Below are positions 27,174-41,960 of a DNA stretch of 64,000 bases, piece by piece; within the stretch, counting starts at the first letter, position 1, and every line of letters begins with the position of its first letter. The position numbers were made by a program, and so were the translations under genes. Location: positions 159,678,307 through 159,742,306 of the forward strand of contig NC_068981.1 in NCBI RefSeq assembly GCF_001194135.2, given 5' to 3'. Under the pieces are notes generated by a model, which saw nothing but the letters and a program-made list of their open reading frames with translations, was not told the origin of the DNA and searched no databases. The stretch is from Octopus bimaculoides (Eukaryota).

Positions 27174-30100
27174 CAAACGCACTCATCCATTGGATGATTT
27201 AAGTTGCTTTGGTGGTATTTTTTTCACCAAATAATTGAACTACCTAGAAGGTTTATGAGTAGCACACCAATCTATGTTTCCGATTAACCTAGGAACGGAA
27301 AATGAAATTGAAGGCTGGTTATTGTGGAGATCATTGCAATTAAATGATCATAAAACATTTAAGTTTGCAAGCGATGCAAAGTAGAGCTACTGAAATGTTT
27401 TGGCAGTAGATTACGGATAATGACTACAAAAATATAGCTGTTTAACATGAAAGAGAAATTTCTTGTCAGAAACAGCCACATAAATGGTGTAAGAAAATTG
27501 AAGGAAGACATTAAAACTTCCCCTCTGTGAGTTTATTTTATTCAACAGCAAAGAGAGCTATTTTTATTCGGAGAGATAAGCTAACAAAAGCCCCTTTATT
27601 CTGTCTTCCCACATAGCCTGCACATAAACTAACAGTAAATGCTGCATAAAGTTAAATTGGTATGGAGCTTTCTGAAAGATATGTATAGATTTCGCTAGTG
27701 GAAGCAAAACTCTTATTTAAAGGTTGGTTCTTTGGGATGAATCATATGTGATTGTTTAAAAAGGGCTAGAAAGGCAATGATAAAACGTATTTGAAACAAT
27801 AGACAACAGTCAAAATATCATAATGGATAGGTAAACAAGCATCCTTAAAGTTTATCAAAGGTAAACAAAACAATCAACAAATATGAGAGGGAAGGAAATA
27901 TCACCTTTCAAGTAACTCAGAATAGGTAAAGGTGAGCTTGCCAAAGATTAATGCAGTTTAAATATGTAGATTAAGATAGTCTTGTATTGGATATTCATCA
28001 TGTACAGTGTTCGTAATCAACTGAATCACCATCGTAGGTGGATAGTGGAAATAAATAGACAATATCCTTTCACTTTTATAAAAAGATTAAAAAAGTACAA
28101 TTACATGGGAGCTCTGGGTAAAATGTTATTGTTGCATGACCATCATTAGGACATAAGTAATGTGTGCGTAAAGTTTGGTGAAAATCAGTTGAGAATTGTG
28201 ATAATGTATGTGTTAGTCATTATACACACACATACTGCGATTTATATATACTAGATGATAATATCAATTGAAAGAAAACCAATTTTTCCAGTATAGAAAT
28301 TAATACTTATTCATGTATTGATTACTTTTTGCTTAGTGAAATTAATTTCAATCAAGAAGTAAAATAAGTAATAGAATATAAAAAGAACCAGAACATTCAT
28401 TTGAAACAGACTAAAGTAGATTTTAAATAAAATGAAAGTAATAGACATTAAAGAAAATAGGCAAACAGTTGATAAAGAGTAGAAGTGTTGTATTCTATGA
28501 AGATGAAATGTACAATGAAAAAGGAATCCACACATTATTTTTGTATTTAAAAAATTGGAAATAGCTGATTTTTTAAATTTAACATTCCGTAACTTGTAAG
28601 TGTGAATAAAGAAAAGATAGCAGATAAGTAATTTGTATCTCAGTGAAGTGTGTTAAATGTAAGTGAGACAGAATATAAATTGTGTGATGTGTAAAAGAAA
28701 GAGAATACAAGTGTCTGAGAGCATAATAGTTTGAAAAATAAATTACAATGTTAATTAGAGAAAATTAAAAGACGCAGTGAAGGTATTAATAACAAAAGTT
28801 TTGATGAACCATTTCATATTTAACATGTAAAGCAAGTTAAATATGAAAAGAACAAAGAAAATTTTTGAAAAACTTCAAAAAAAAAAAAAAAAGAAATGGC
28901 AACAAAGAGGTTAAAATAATTAATGATAAAACAGCAGTTAAATACTCAGCTGTTGTAATATAACTGTTAATGTTAATATGAAAGAAAAGCTAAGAGAAAG
29001 GCAAACAACTAGTTTAACTATTTAAATAATAGAAAAGAGGCCATATGTAATAGGATTGAAACTTCAATATCTTAGAACTAATAGAGAATTGAAATAAACA
29101 CTATAAGTAAATACAATAATAAAATGAAGGTCAAAATACTTGATAAGGAAAAAAATTATTAGACTTTGTATACATCTGTCCTTACTTTACACTGACCTGG
29201 GATAACATGGTATGCTCACTGTAAACCATGTTGTTACACTTATCATGAATAGGTCTGTGATAACACAAGTTGGTGATCAAAGATTCTGCTTGGACCACAA
29301 AAATATCGCTCAGCAACCATCCACAATGCTCAGAACAACTTGGGATCTTGGAACAAAACCTATTTTTCCCATATGATGTATTATTCATTTAACAGTATTT
29401 TTTGTTACAAAACACTAATGAGAAATGCAGACAGATATACCTAGAAATGTTCCAGGTTATCATATTTTAATTTTCATGTATGATGATATGAAATTGAAAA
29501 AGTGTAGACATACAATAAATTCCCTACGTCAACAGCATTGACTCAAAAAAGCTTTTATTTCTCCATTTCATTCTAAAATCAAAATTGTTTGCTACATCCA
29601 CTTTTTGTAATTTCTTAACTCTCCTCTCCCTTCATCAGTCTACATGTTGAAAATGCTCAACAAGTATTTCCAAAAATGCTTATCTAACTTATTTCAATCA
29701 AATGAAATCTCATTTAATGTCTGCTTTACCATCATTTAACATCTGCTTTCCATATTGGCATGGGTTGATGGCTTGACAGGAGCTAGTGAACCTGAGGACT
29801 GCACCTAACTTAAATGTCTGCTTTGACATGATTTCTATAATTGGATACCATTCCTAATACCAACAACTTTATAATGTACTGGATGCTTTTTACATGGCAC
29901 TGGCACTAGTCAAGAGAGCAGAGTGTTAAGCAAAGGAGATTTGGCTGCTATTTCTAGCATATCAAGCAACCATGCATTGGCTCTCTTTTTGGCTCGAGTA
30001 AAAGTATGCACATATTTGTCAACAACTTGCTGTCCTGTTGCCACCAGCTAGAACTTTTACATGTTATACACTTCTATCTCTTTTCTAATCTAATTATGTA

Positions 30101-32296
30101 GTAATATTATCTAATTTATATTGCCATGCTTCTCATAAAAACCATTGAATATTCAATCTGAAAATTATAACAACATACCTTGTTTGATTTAGAAATGTCT
30201 TCTCTAACTTGAAGTGCTCCTGGTCCTGCTGAAGGCAAGCATGTTTGAAACACAGTTATTCTTCCTCCAGTTGGACTAAGAAGTTTATATGAAGCTTCTA
30301 AAGTGGCTCCTAGTGCATTTCCGGTTTCCATGTTGTTTTCAAAAAGCTGAGGAAGTTGTTGCAACAGGTCTTGCACAAGGTCATGGCTTTCATGTAAATT
30401 CACTAGCAAACTGTCAGGTAATGGAAGGAAAATATCTACAAAAAAAGTCAAAATAGTCAATTATAACCTTTAAGACAGTTTCATTTACATCGAAGTTTCT
30501 CAAGCATTTTTTACCAATGGGTCCCCTTGATTCCTATTTTACTTGGATGGACCCTCCTAACCATTTGATGTGTTTATCAAATCATATTACAATATATTAT
30601 TAGGAATTATTCTTTTACTTGTTTCAGCCATGCGGCTGCAGTCATGTTGGAGCACAAAAAATTTTTTTTAATATTTTGCAAAGTTGTAAAAGCATAACCA
30701 ATTTAATGCAGATAAATTCCAACAGCAAAATTTTACATGGACCTCCAAGAGCCATACAGATACTAGTTGAGACCCAATAATACAAGTTGTAAAATTTTTT
30801 TAACAAGTACATTTTGTCAATCAGAAATATCTTTATTATGTTAAATGAACTTATATTTTCTTCCTGATGAAAAATTTTCTAATTTTAACTTAGTGGAAAG
30901 GATGTAGATATTTGAAATACTGATGAACTTAAGACTTGAGTAATTAAGTTAAAACTGTTCATCATAGTTTGAACTATGACCAACCAAGATTTCAAATCTC
31001 AACCCACTTCTAAAGACAAATTGGGAATGTTATCCATTTTCCAACTAGATTTACTGAAGCATGTAGACTAACATAATTTGTTTAAAAGGACAAAACAATG
31101 CTTATTTCGCCCTTTCATTATCATATTTCTGTTGAAACACACTGCTCTGATTCAATTAATTTTAGAAATAAGAAAAAATTTAGTAAAACACATGTTGTTT
31201 TTAGTCTGGTGTTTAGAACAAAATTGCCATAGAATTTTGAGAAAAGGCTTTAGTTTAGATCACTTTTAAACAAGAAGTTTGTATCATAAAATCAGGGGCA
31301 GTCTCAGGTGGGTTGGTATCAAAAGGGTTAAACTTCTAAAAGGCAGAAACTATGAAGTGCCAGTTATAATGTTTTCAATATCTCTCTGTTCTGAGTTCAA
31401 TTTAAATCTTTTAAGGGTCAACTCTGCATCCATGTGTCCTATCAATAAAATACCAGTCATGTATTAGGGTCGGTTCAACCAAATTACCTCCATATAACAT
31501 AACTTCATGAGCTTTCTGTGACAAATAAGAATTCAATATTTCATGATGATGATGGTGCTAACATCTTAATATTTCAAACAATACATTCAAGATGAAATAA
31601 GATATATTCAGATGGATGTAGCATGTGATTGCTACAACTAGTAACAAATTCTGCACAAATGATCCTATGATTTAAATGGTCTCTATATTAGTAACAAATC
31701 AACTATAAAAGAATCACAACTCATACTAGGAGTGCCAATCTGACTTGCTTTTACTTATAGTAGTTGCAGGTGGGAAGAGTCACAGATTTGGGTGCAATCT
31801 CTGTCGGAACAATATGAGAAATAGGTCAAGAAGAAAGACAGTTTGAAAAAAAGACTACTTTCTATTTCTTCACTGAGAGGCATCAGCACTTAAGACAGAT
31901 GTAAAGAGATAATGTAAAGTAAGTATTGCAGCATGAATGATAGCCTGGTAAAGGCAAGAAGAACAAGAAGATTGTTCATATCAAACAATGTCATATAAGA
32001 ATAACATAGAACAGTGTTCTGCAACCTTTTTTTCACTTGCGGTACACTTATATTTTTTTTCAAAATTCAGCAGCACACCTGAACTAAAAATATAACTAAA
32101 AGTATTCTTTTACTCTTTTTTATTTGTTTCAGTCATTTGACTGTGGCCATGCTGGAGTCGAGCAAATTGACCCCAGGACTTATTCTTTGTAAGCCTAGTA
32201 CTTATTCTATCGGTCTCTTTTTGCCAAACTGCTAAGTTACGGGGACGTAAACACACCAGCATCAGCTGTCAAGCGATGGTGGGGGGACAAACACAA

Positions 32297-32333
<37 letters not shown>

Positions 32334-35300
32334 TATATATATATATATACGACAGGCCTCTTTCAGTTTCCGTCTACCAAATCCACTCACAAGGCTTTGG
32401 TCGGCCTGAGGCTATAGTAGAAGACACTTGCCCAAGATGCCACGCAGTGGGACTGAACCTGGGACCATGTGGTTGGTAAGCAAGCTACTTACCACATAGC
32501 CACTCCTACGCCTATGTATAGTGAAAAAAATTATATTCAGGTTACACTGCTGCACACCTAGCATCATCTCGTGGCTCACCAGTGTGGAGCAATGATATGG
32601 AATGCATTAAGAGGTTAACTGTAAAACCACAGAATCTAGAATAAAAATTAGCAACATGTAAACTTACCATCTATGTCAGAGACAGTCAGCATTTGAGGCT
32701 GAGACAGACCTTCAGCTAAATTGAAAAAATGGATTGCTCTATCAAAAGCTATAAAACCTATCTGTGTACGTGAATCACCAGGCAATTTTTCTAGTTCTGC
32801 CAGCAAGGTTTTACATACAACTGTGAGATAACCTGAAAAATATAAATAAGATATTTAGAAAATTTCATTTGTGATTTTCAAAATGATTTTACCAATTACA
32901 AAAATATTTATCATGTATGAAACATTAGTTAAAAGAACAATTTATTTCAATTGTAACCTTTAAAACAAATGTTCACTGTATTCCTCCCAAATACTGAAGA
33001 GAGTCAAATTGCAGTAGAAACCTAATTCCTTCTCAATGATCTCAAAATTTTGTTTTAAAATTAAATCAAAAATTAAACTAAATCTTCATATCCTAAATAA
33101 AAACCACTATAATAACTAAGAGAGCAGGAATAATGTCAATTTAAATTCTTTGAATCACCTCCATTCTGTTAGGCAATGATACTGGAATAGCTCACATGTG
33201 ATTGCTACAAATTGACACTTTTACATGAACTATTTAAATAAGGTTTTTCACAAAGGATTCTTTCCAGTCTCATTCAAGACAGTAATTGCTTCTAAGGTAA
33301 GTCAGATGAAGTGTTTTGCTTCAGAATAAACAGCAACCTATGTGAGAACATTGTTGGAGCTAACAAATTAAGAGCTAAAAACTGAGGTAGATTTTCTACG
33401 GTTGGATGCCTTTCCTGCTGCCAACCTTCCATTATACACTAAGCATAATAGCTTTTTACCACTACAAGTAGTGTTATATTATTGAAGGGTTTCACATTGA
33501 TGCTAAAGTTTACATTTACTACTGAGTGCTGAATGCTGCAGTACTAATGTACCTATCTATTCCAATTATTTGTAGTAAGAGATGTAATAAAGATATGAGT
33601 GAAAGTCACAATGAGAAGAGAAATCAATTAAGTAAATAGTCTCATACACACCAGTTTCTATTGCATTATATGTTACATCCAAAACAAAGAGGTACACAGC
33701 TGGCTGAGGAGGTCGCAACTGGAAATATAGAAAATGAGTGAATGGATGAAAGACAAATTCAAGAAATTCATGACAAAATTCAAGAATGAACTATTACACT
33801 ACATTCACAGAAATAAGCCTCTTGTCAGTAGATTTGAAAGAATGATTAAATCTACTGAATCTTTACTTCAATACATTGCATATACTATCAAAATAAAACT
33901 AATGTTCAAAGAATCATTTCTTTCTTTGTAAATAAAAGCTTTTGAATCTAGAATAGCTAAAAGTTCTGTTGTTTGTACTGCACAATAGGTATATTTCGAA
34001 GTGCATAGTTACTGAATATTGTAAGAATATTTGAAAAACTAATAAGCAATACTACAATTTTTCAAGACCCAAATTACCAATATCAAAGCCTGCATATATA
34101 ACACTATAAATATGGAACAAAATCAAAGACAACATTTATCATATACAGAGCATTTATATTATTTATAAAACAACTGACTGATGAACAAATACATTGATCA
34201 CTGTCATTCTCATTTAATGTCTACTTTTTCAATGGGTCAGACAACGTTTCTTGAGGCAGATTTTCTATGGATGGATGCCTTCCCTGTCAACAACCCTCAC
34301 CTGTTTCCAAACAACGACATATTTCCCATAGCCAGACTTGTTTCTCACAGGAGACTAAAAAACAAAGAGCATCACTTGTGTGATGGTGATGCTCATTTAC
34401 AACTATTATGGTTGAGAAGTAAGCTTCTTAACCACACAGCCATTCTTGTGCATGCATGCATACATGCATACATACATACATACATTTATATATAAGAATC
34501 TATAGCTCAGTGGAGCAGCTCTGTACTTTATTCACTGGGATATTGAAATAAAAGATTCATTTTGCAAAAATAAAAATGTTAAAATATAACCAATGGTTTA
34601 AATTAAAGATAAATTTACTCAATTTCATTTAAAACTATTTTTCAGTTGGAGCAAAAATATTCAGCCTTCAGTAGGCCACGTAACATGAATATTATAATAG
34701 CAAATTATTATTCAGAAAATTTTTTTTTCAAAGACGCACCATGTATTCAGAAGGTGCAATGAACTCAATTGTAGAAGATCTCACTTCAGGTCTGCGTTGT
34801 GGATCTCCATATGTTCTTGATACGGGATCGAAAGAAAATTCTTCTGGTACTGTAAAGAATTTTGAAAATAAGGGTTATGAAATTTGACTGTAAACTTCTT
34901 CAACATATAGATTATAAAAACAATTCATTAAAAAGAAAAAGAATCAATATAGCAACTACATCACAATTATTTCATACAATTGAAACATTACACAGAAGAA
35001 ATGTCAGGTTATACTAACAAAATAAAGTAAATAAATACTAAATTAACCTCGGGTTAAAAAAGATTAATTAAACCTCATACAAATAAACAAAATTGATTGT
35101 GTTATGATCAGAAACATAAAAGTGTAAAGTTCTTTATTCTTTGTAAACATTTCAAAACAAAATTTCATTTTAATGAACAGTGCTAAATAAAGCTTCAATA
35201 TTTACACGTATTTCTAAAAGTCATTGAAAATTATTATACATAACCTAACCAGATAGAAAAAGGAGAAAACAAACCTAGTATGAAATTTTACTCCTACTTT

Positions 35301-38300
35301 TTGATTAAAATAAACTCATACACTACATGATCATCAATTGCTTTCTTTCTGATATTTCATTAGAAATATTGAAATACTTAAGTAAAAATTTTGATAGACT
35401 GCTCATGAATAAAAAAAATGCTAAATTTTGTAAATGCCTCTATGCACAGAAATTGCAACAAATCTAAAAATATGTGTATGTTGATATATGCACTAATACA
35501 ATTTGATATTTGTGAAAGTACATTTATTAAGAAGATAGCTTGCAGACAAGTCACTCATTTGAAAGCCCCAAAGAAAAAGTAATATTTATACAAAGCAGAC
35601 AATGTAACATTGAGGACACATATACTTAACCTTAATGACACTAATTCGGTGAATCAATATTGATCATGAGTATTGGTTCTAGCACTAGAAACTGAGGAAG
35701 GTGCTCAGTGTGCATGTGCATAAAATATAGATTGCACTCACCTGCTTCTCCTTCATCAAAGCCACTATGATCATCACCTAAATACCATATTGGGAGTATA
35801 CTATCAGAGCAGTAAGGGAATGAGCAGTGCTTATTCCAAAGCAATATATAATGCACTTAAATGCAAAATTCGACAAAAGTATGCATAACTGCACCTATCT
35901 AATTGAACTTGTGTGGCTAGTGAAAGAAAACCCACTATTGCTGAATAAATCTCTAAGCAGAAAAAAAATACAAGCAACCTGATTGAAAAGAAGTTAAAGC
36001 CTTCTTCTGTGTGTGCGTGTGTGTGTATCTGTATGTATGTGAAGTTATATATATATTTATGTGTGCGTGCGTGTGTGCGTATTCTTTTATTTGTTTTAGT
36101 CATTTGAGTGCGGCCATGATGGAGCAACACCTTGAAGGGTTTTAGTTGAACAAATCTACCCCAGGACTTATTTCTTAAGCCTGGTACTTATTCTATCAGT
36201 CTCTCTTGCCAAACAGCTAAGTTACAGGGATATAAACACACCGACACTGGTCATCAAGTGGTGATAGGATGGTGGGCAAATACACACAAACACATATATA
36301 CAATGGGCTTCTTTCAGTTTTCATCTGCCAAATCCACTCACAAAGCTTTGGATGGCTTGAGGCTATAGAAGACACTTACTCAAGGTACCACGCAGTGGGA
36401 CTGAACCTAGAACCATGTGGTTGGAAAGTTGGGAAGCAAGCTTCTTACCACACAGCCACACCTTATATATTAAGGTTAATATATAAATTCATGTCATAAC
36501 ATATAGGTTCAGTCTGATGAATTATTGTTGATGATTATCAAATACATCACACTTTTCAAAATTTTGATTGTTTTTTATATTTTTTTTCATTTTGTTATTG
36601 TTGTTCTATCTTCAAACCAATTTTATTTCAATTGTAGCTGTTTACTTATAATACTAACATATTTCAGAAAGGCAAAGTTTCATAACTTTTCATCCTATCC
36701 ACTAAAAACCAAAATTTTCTCGATTTTTCTTAAGTAAACTTTGTTTCTTTCAATAATATAGGAGCTGAATACAGAAACAGAATATTTGCTACTTCTATAA
36801 ACAAAATATAAAATGAAATGAAAAATTTTTAAACAGGACAATGTATATGACAACTTTTGAAGAATACAACATTAAATTTTACTAATTTCTGTATATTGTA
36901 TGTACTGCTTAAGATAATTGAACAAGCACATAATTAAAAACTGAGACATTCACTGAAAGACCTAATGAAAACACTTGTTTACTCATCAACTAGTGTTAGT
37001 GAGGTTAAAAGCTAAATTTTACATATATACTGAAATTTTTTAAGATAATTCATATAAGATCAATTTCATGTTCAAAAATCAGAGAAGATAAATGTTAACA
37101 TGGGAAATTCCTTGCATCTTATCTTGTCTTCACATTTAGCATTAACTTTTGATTTTTAACATCTAACTTCAAATAATAAGAAAGGGCCATTTATCATTAT
37201 TTTATAGTGGTTTTAGAACTAGTAGAAGTGGTTTTAGGAGGCATTTATTTACAAAATTAAATAATTACTAACAAATAAATAGCTAGAAAGATAATCAGTA
37301 AAGAAAAAAATTAATTATACTGGTGATAAAATTTTTTAGAGAATATATTAAGTTTCAAACAATCAGAAATTCACACAAAAGATAATAATCTGTATTTTAC
37401 TCAAAGAATACTAGAATATACAATTTGTGTTGATTTTTTATATTTTATTTCATACTGATGAGATAAAAGCAGTCAGTTAATGTTCTTGAACACTTGTAAG
37501 TTAATTGTTGCAGGAAAAATATGGAAAGGGAAAGAATTTCAGATAGGTGATGTTCTGAGGAGTAGGACTTAAGCTTAAGTAAGAAGGGAAGAGTGAGGTG
37601 GGAGTGCATGAAAAGAAGTGATACAAAACTAGCAAGTTCAGAGAAGCAGATGTTACAGCTGTAGCAGTAGAAAATGCAGAAGAGATAGCACATCTATGAT
37701 CTGATTTCATTGGGTTTTGGCAAGCAACTTCTTGCCAATCCAGGGGATGGCCTCCTTTTCTGTTGTGTGTGGTCTAGGATGTCTGCAGCTGCAGCACTGT
37801 CCTTGTGATGGAAGTAATACAACATTCTAGATCTCACTTTGTGAAAGGTTTGTAATTGTTGGATGCTGAGGTATTTCTTGGTCCTGACATCACATCTTTG
37901 TGATGCAATCATTGATATGCTGAAAATATGGAACTGCAAGGAGAGATTCCCACTGATTGCAAAATCTAAAATTTGTAACCTTCAGAGCTCTAGTTGATTA
38001 TTGTTCAAGTTTAAGGGGAACAGGCCAAGATACCGCTTTCCAGACATATGTAGTGATTGTGTCTGTGGGCTGTTGAAGCATAAAGAACACTAAGATCTCA
38101 TTGGAGAATTATTTTCTAGATCTCTAACTCAATTAGTCAATGCAAATTTGGCATGAGGTGCTAGGGTTGTGTGTAGATGACACTTTGGTATGAAAGGTTA
38201 GAGAGGAATGAAGGAAAGTAACATTTGCACATCCACATAAGAATAGGCATTGATGGTGGTGATTCATCATCATCATCATCATTGTTTAACATCTGCTTTC

Positions 38301-41300
38301 CATGCTGGCATGGATTGGATGGTTTGACTGAGGATGGTGAGCCAAAGGCTGTACCAGGCTCAATCTGATCTGGCAAAGTTTCTACAGCTGGATGCCCTTC
38401 CTAACGCCAACCACTCCGAGAGTGTAGTGGGTGCTTTTAGATGCCACAGGCACAAGGGCCAGTCAGGCGGTTCTGGCAGCGACCATGCTCAAAAGATGTT
38501 TTTACGTGCTACCTGCACGTGAGCCAGTCCGGCGGCACTGGCAACAACTACGCTCAAATGTTGTTTTTGTTGATCTATATAAGGGGAAGACTGGGTGGGA
38601 GAAGCCAAACGTTAGGTATCTCAGAGTTAATAAAGGCTGAGTCAGACAGAGCTGCATCAGAATGTTTTAATAGTGGATCTCACAAGAAACCTCCAATCCA
38701 TGAGACAAGAAACACAGTTTCATCAAATTTCTCAAGTGTGAAAATATACTGGCAAGACAGGAGACTGGATCTTGGTAGAACTCTACAAAAGCCATATTAG
38801 TAGTCATTTAGTTGGAGAGAGAAATTCAAGGAAATGGAGAAGATGAGTATTAATGATTCGCTCTATCATCTGTGAAATGCTGAAAGTGAAGGCAATAAAT
38901 CACTATGTGGCAGAGTCAGAGGAATTGCCCCTCTTGGGAATGGAACACACTTGAGAGAGAGAGACTGAAGAGATTGACAAGGATAAGAGTGAGCCTTGAA
39001 TGTAATGTTTAAGGGCAATGCAAAGAACATAGTCAGACCCAGTGGACTTATTGGTTTGAAGCAATCTGGGGTATTTTTGCATTTGGCATGTATCTAAAGA
39101 TAGTGGTGAGCCTGGTAGAATATAGAAATAGAGTTTTTGGAGGAAATTTATCTAGTGCTTGCAATGTGAAAATGGATGTAAATTGGGTAACAAATATAGG
39201 GTTTTCTTTGTATTAGTATTGCTTACAGACCAACATGGTTAAGTAGAGTCCACAAAGTTGGTAGAGATCTTTTGGCAAGGAACCAAAATGATCAGTTATA
39301 GTTTGGTAGACAGAACTTGTAGGCTGTGAGATGCATAGAAGCATCCTTCATTGTTTCTAGTGATGGTCTTACAGATGTTGCAGTAGTAAGGTTTCTACTG
39401 GGTAGTAAGGTTTCTCTAGGCCTTGTAGGCCATATTCTTTGCTTGAACTGTAATAATGCAGTTAGTGAAATACTTGAGGGATTTTGAGTTATGAAACTTT
39501 TTTTTTTTTATGCATGAGATGCCTATTTCAAAATCAAAGGTGAAGCACATGCAATACCATGAATAGAAAGCACAGAACTGGAACTCCAACAAGTCAGGTG
39601 ACCTGAAGTTCCAGAGGGTCCAGGAGGGGTGAAATTGTTGTGGATGAGTAGCTAATGAGAATAAGGCAGTAGTTAGGTGACCTGATGGGTGCAGATACAG
39701 TGACAGTATGACAGAAGCTGGCTTTGGAAGTGAGAAAAGAGAACAAGGGTGTTTAATGTGCCAGTGCATTGATAAGACAAGCAAATGACATTTATTGTTG
39801 TATTTTATATTGTTTCGCAACATTAAACTGTTTGAGAAAATCATCATCATTTAACGTCCGTTTTCCATGCTGGCATGGGTTGGACAGTTTGACTGGAAAC
39901 TGGTAAGCTGGAGAGCTGCACCAGGTTCCAATCTGATTATAATTAAGTGAAAATTTTGCTAATGGTTTAGCAACATTTTCAAAACAATTTGATCTTGATT
40001 TTCTTGTATAACAATGAGAAAAATGAAATTTTAACAACAGAAAAGTGAAGCCACTTTCCCTGACTTTACTATAGTATTGAGAGTTTGAAATTGGGTTCTG
40101 TTTTTTCATTCCCTTACTAACAAAGGAAAAAATTTCTTCTACACATTATTTTGGAGTTATACTTGTTTGACTCAATCAGAGATCATGTGGGGAACTTGAA
40201 TCAATTACAATAGTGTCGGTGACCAGCTCAAAGATATACAGCAGGGTTTCTCAAACATTTTTTATGTATGAACCCCTTTAATTACTATTTTATTCTGGTG
40301 GACCCCAATAGCCATTCAATGTTTCAAAACTAGTTTTATAGAAACTTCTTTCAAAATTCTTATTTTAGGTTTCAGACATTAACTTGTGTAGGTTGAACAA
40401 TGTAAAGTGTTAAAGAAAGAGACCAATCTGTTGCTTGAAATACATACCAATGCATACATCTAAAGTGAAATTTTTTCAGAGACCCTTAAAATACTATCAT
40501 GGGTTTCCAATTTATCATTTTGTTGTGTGGACCCCCAAAAAATCTTTCATAGACTCTCAGGGGCCATATGGACCCTGGCTGAGAACCACTGATATACAGT
40601 ATGTACAGCTTTGATATTTTAAGTGCCTGCGGCATGTGTAAGGACTTTCAAGCGAGATCGTTGCCAGTGCCCCTGGACTGGCTCTTGTGCGGGTGGCACA
40701 TAAAATACACCATTTTGAGCATGGCCGTTGCCAGTACTGCCTGACTGGCCTTCATGCGGGTGACACGTAAAAGCACCCACTACACTCTCTGAATGGTTGG
40801 CGTTAGGAAGGGCATTCAGCTGTAGAAACTCTGCCAAATCAGATTGGAGCCTGGTGTAGCCATCTGGTTTCACCAATCCTCAGTCAAATCGTCCAACCCA
40901 TGCTAGCAAGGAAAGCGGACGTTAAACGACGATGATGATGAATATAACAACGGAAAAGAATATAACAGTATATGTATGCTTTTGAGTGGCTATCATGACG
41001 TGTTCAATATGTGTGTGTTATGTTATATATAACATTTCAGTTTTATTAACTCATGATGCATGCCAGCTAATGGCATTCATCAGATAAAGCATTTTGTCTT
41101 TTAAAATTCTTTAAATGTTGATTTCAGGTCACACAGATTGGCGTTCTGTGTACAGCAAGTAATGGATTCTGCAACAGCTACATCTTCATAATTTGGATGG
41201 TGAAATCTTACAAAATTTTGGATGGTAGTTGTTTCTGTAACAGCATTCTATAAACTAGTAGAAACATTTCAATTAATTTCTTCTTGCTTCCTACATTAGA

Positions 41301-41903
41301 ATAGAATGATACTCAAAACCTTGCGCAGATCTCTACATTTCACAATTTGAATAAGCCATACACTCGATGAAGTCACTATCAATAAATTATAAGAACTAGT
41401 GTGTGTGTATTTGTATCATCATCATCATCGTTTAATGTTCGCTTTCCATGCTGGCATGGGTTAGACGATTTGACTGAGGACTGGCGAACTAGATAGCTGC
41501 ACCAGCCTCCAATCTGATCTTGCAGAGTTTCTACAGCTGGATGCCCTTCCTAACGCCAACCACTCCAAGAATGTAGTGGGTGCATTTACGACCCACCGGC
41601 ACGAGGGCCAGTCAGGCGGTACTGGCAACAGCCACGCTCAAAATTGTGTTTTTTACATGCCACCTGCACAGGAGCCAGTCTAGCGGCACTGGCAACGACC
41701 TCTCTTGAATGTTGATAAGCATAGCATATCTCAAAAGGTCTCGGTCACTAGTCATTGCCTCAGTAAGGCCCAATGTTCGAAGGTCATGCTTCACCACCTC
41801 ATCCCAGGTTTTCCTGGGTCTACCTCTTTCACAGGTTCTCTCATACATATATATATATATATATATATGTATGAGAGAACCTGTGAAAGAGGTNNNNNNN
41901 NNN

Positions 41904-41960
<57 letters not shown>

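Noticed and set aside
31745-31800. Acceptor-like TTGTTCCGACAG in the E12-E13 intron followed by a short reading frame
   Set aside because: No frame-preserving donor; stop after 16 codons; plausible by chance.
41050-41090. Second hammerhead candidate on the minus strand (CTGATGA-ATGCCA-TTAGC-TGGCAT)
   Set aside because: Stem is followed by GCAT rather than GAAA; no stem I/III or cleavage triplet.
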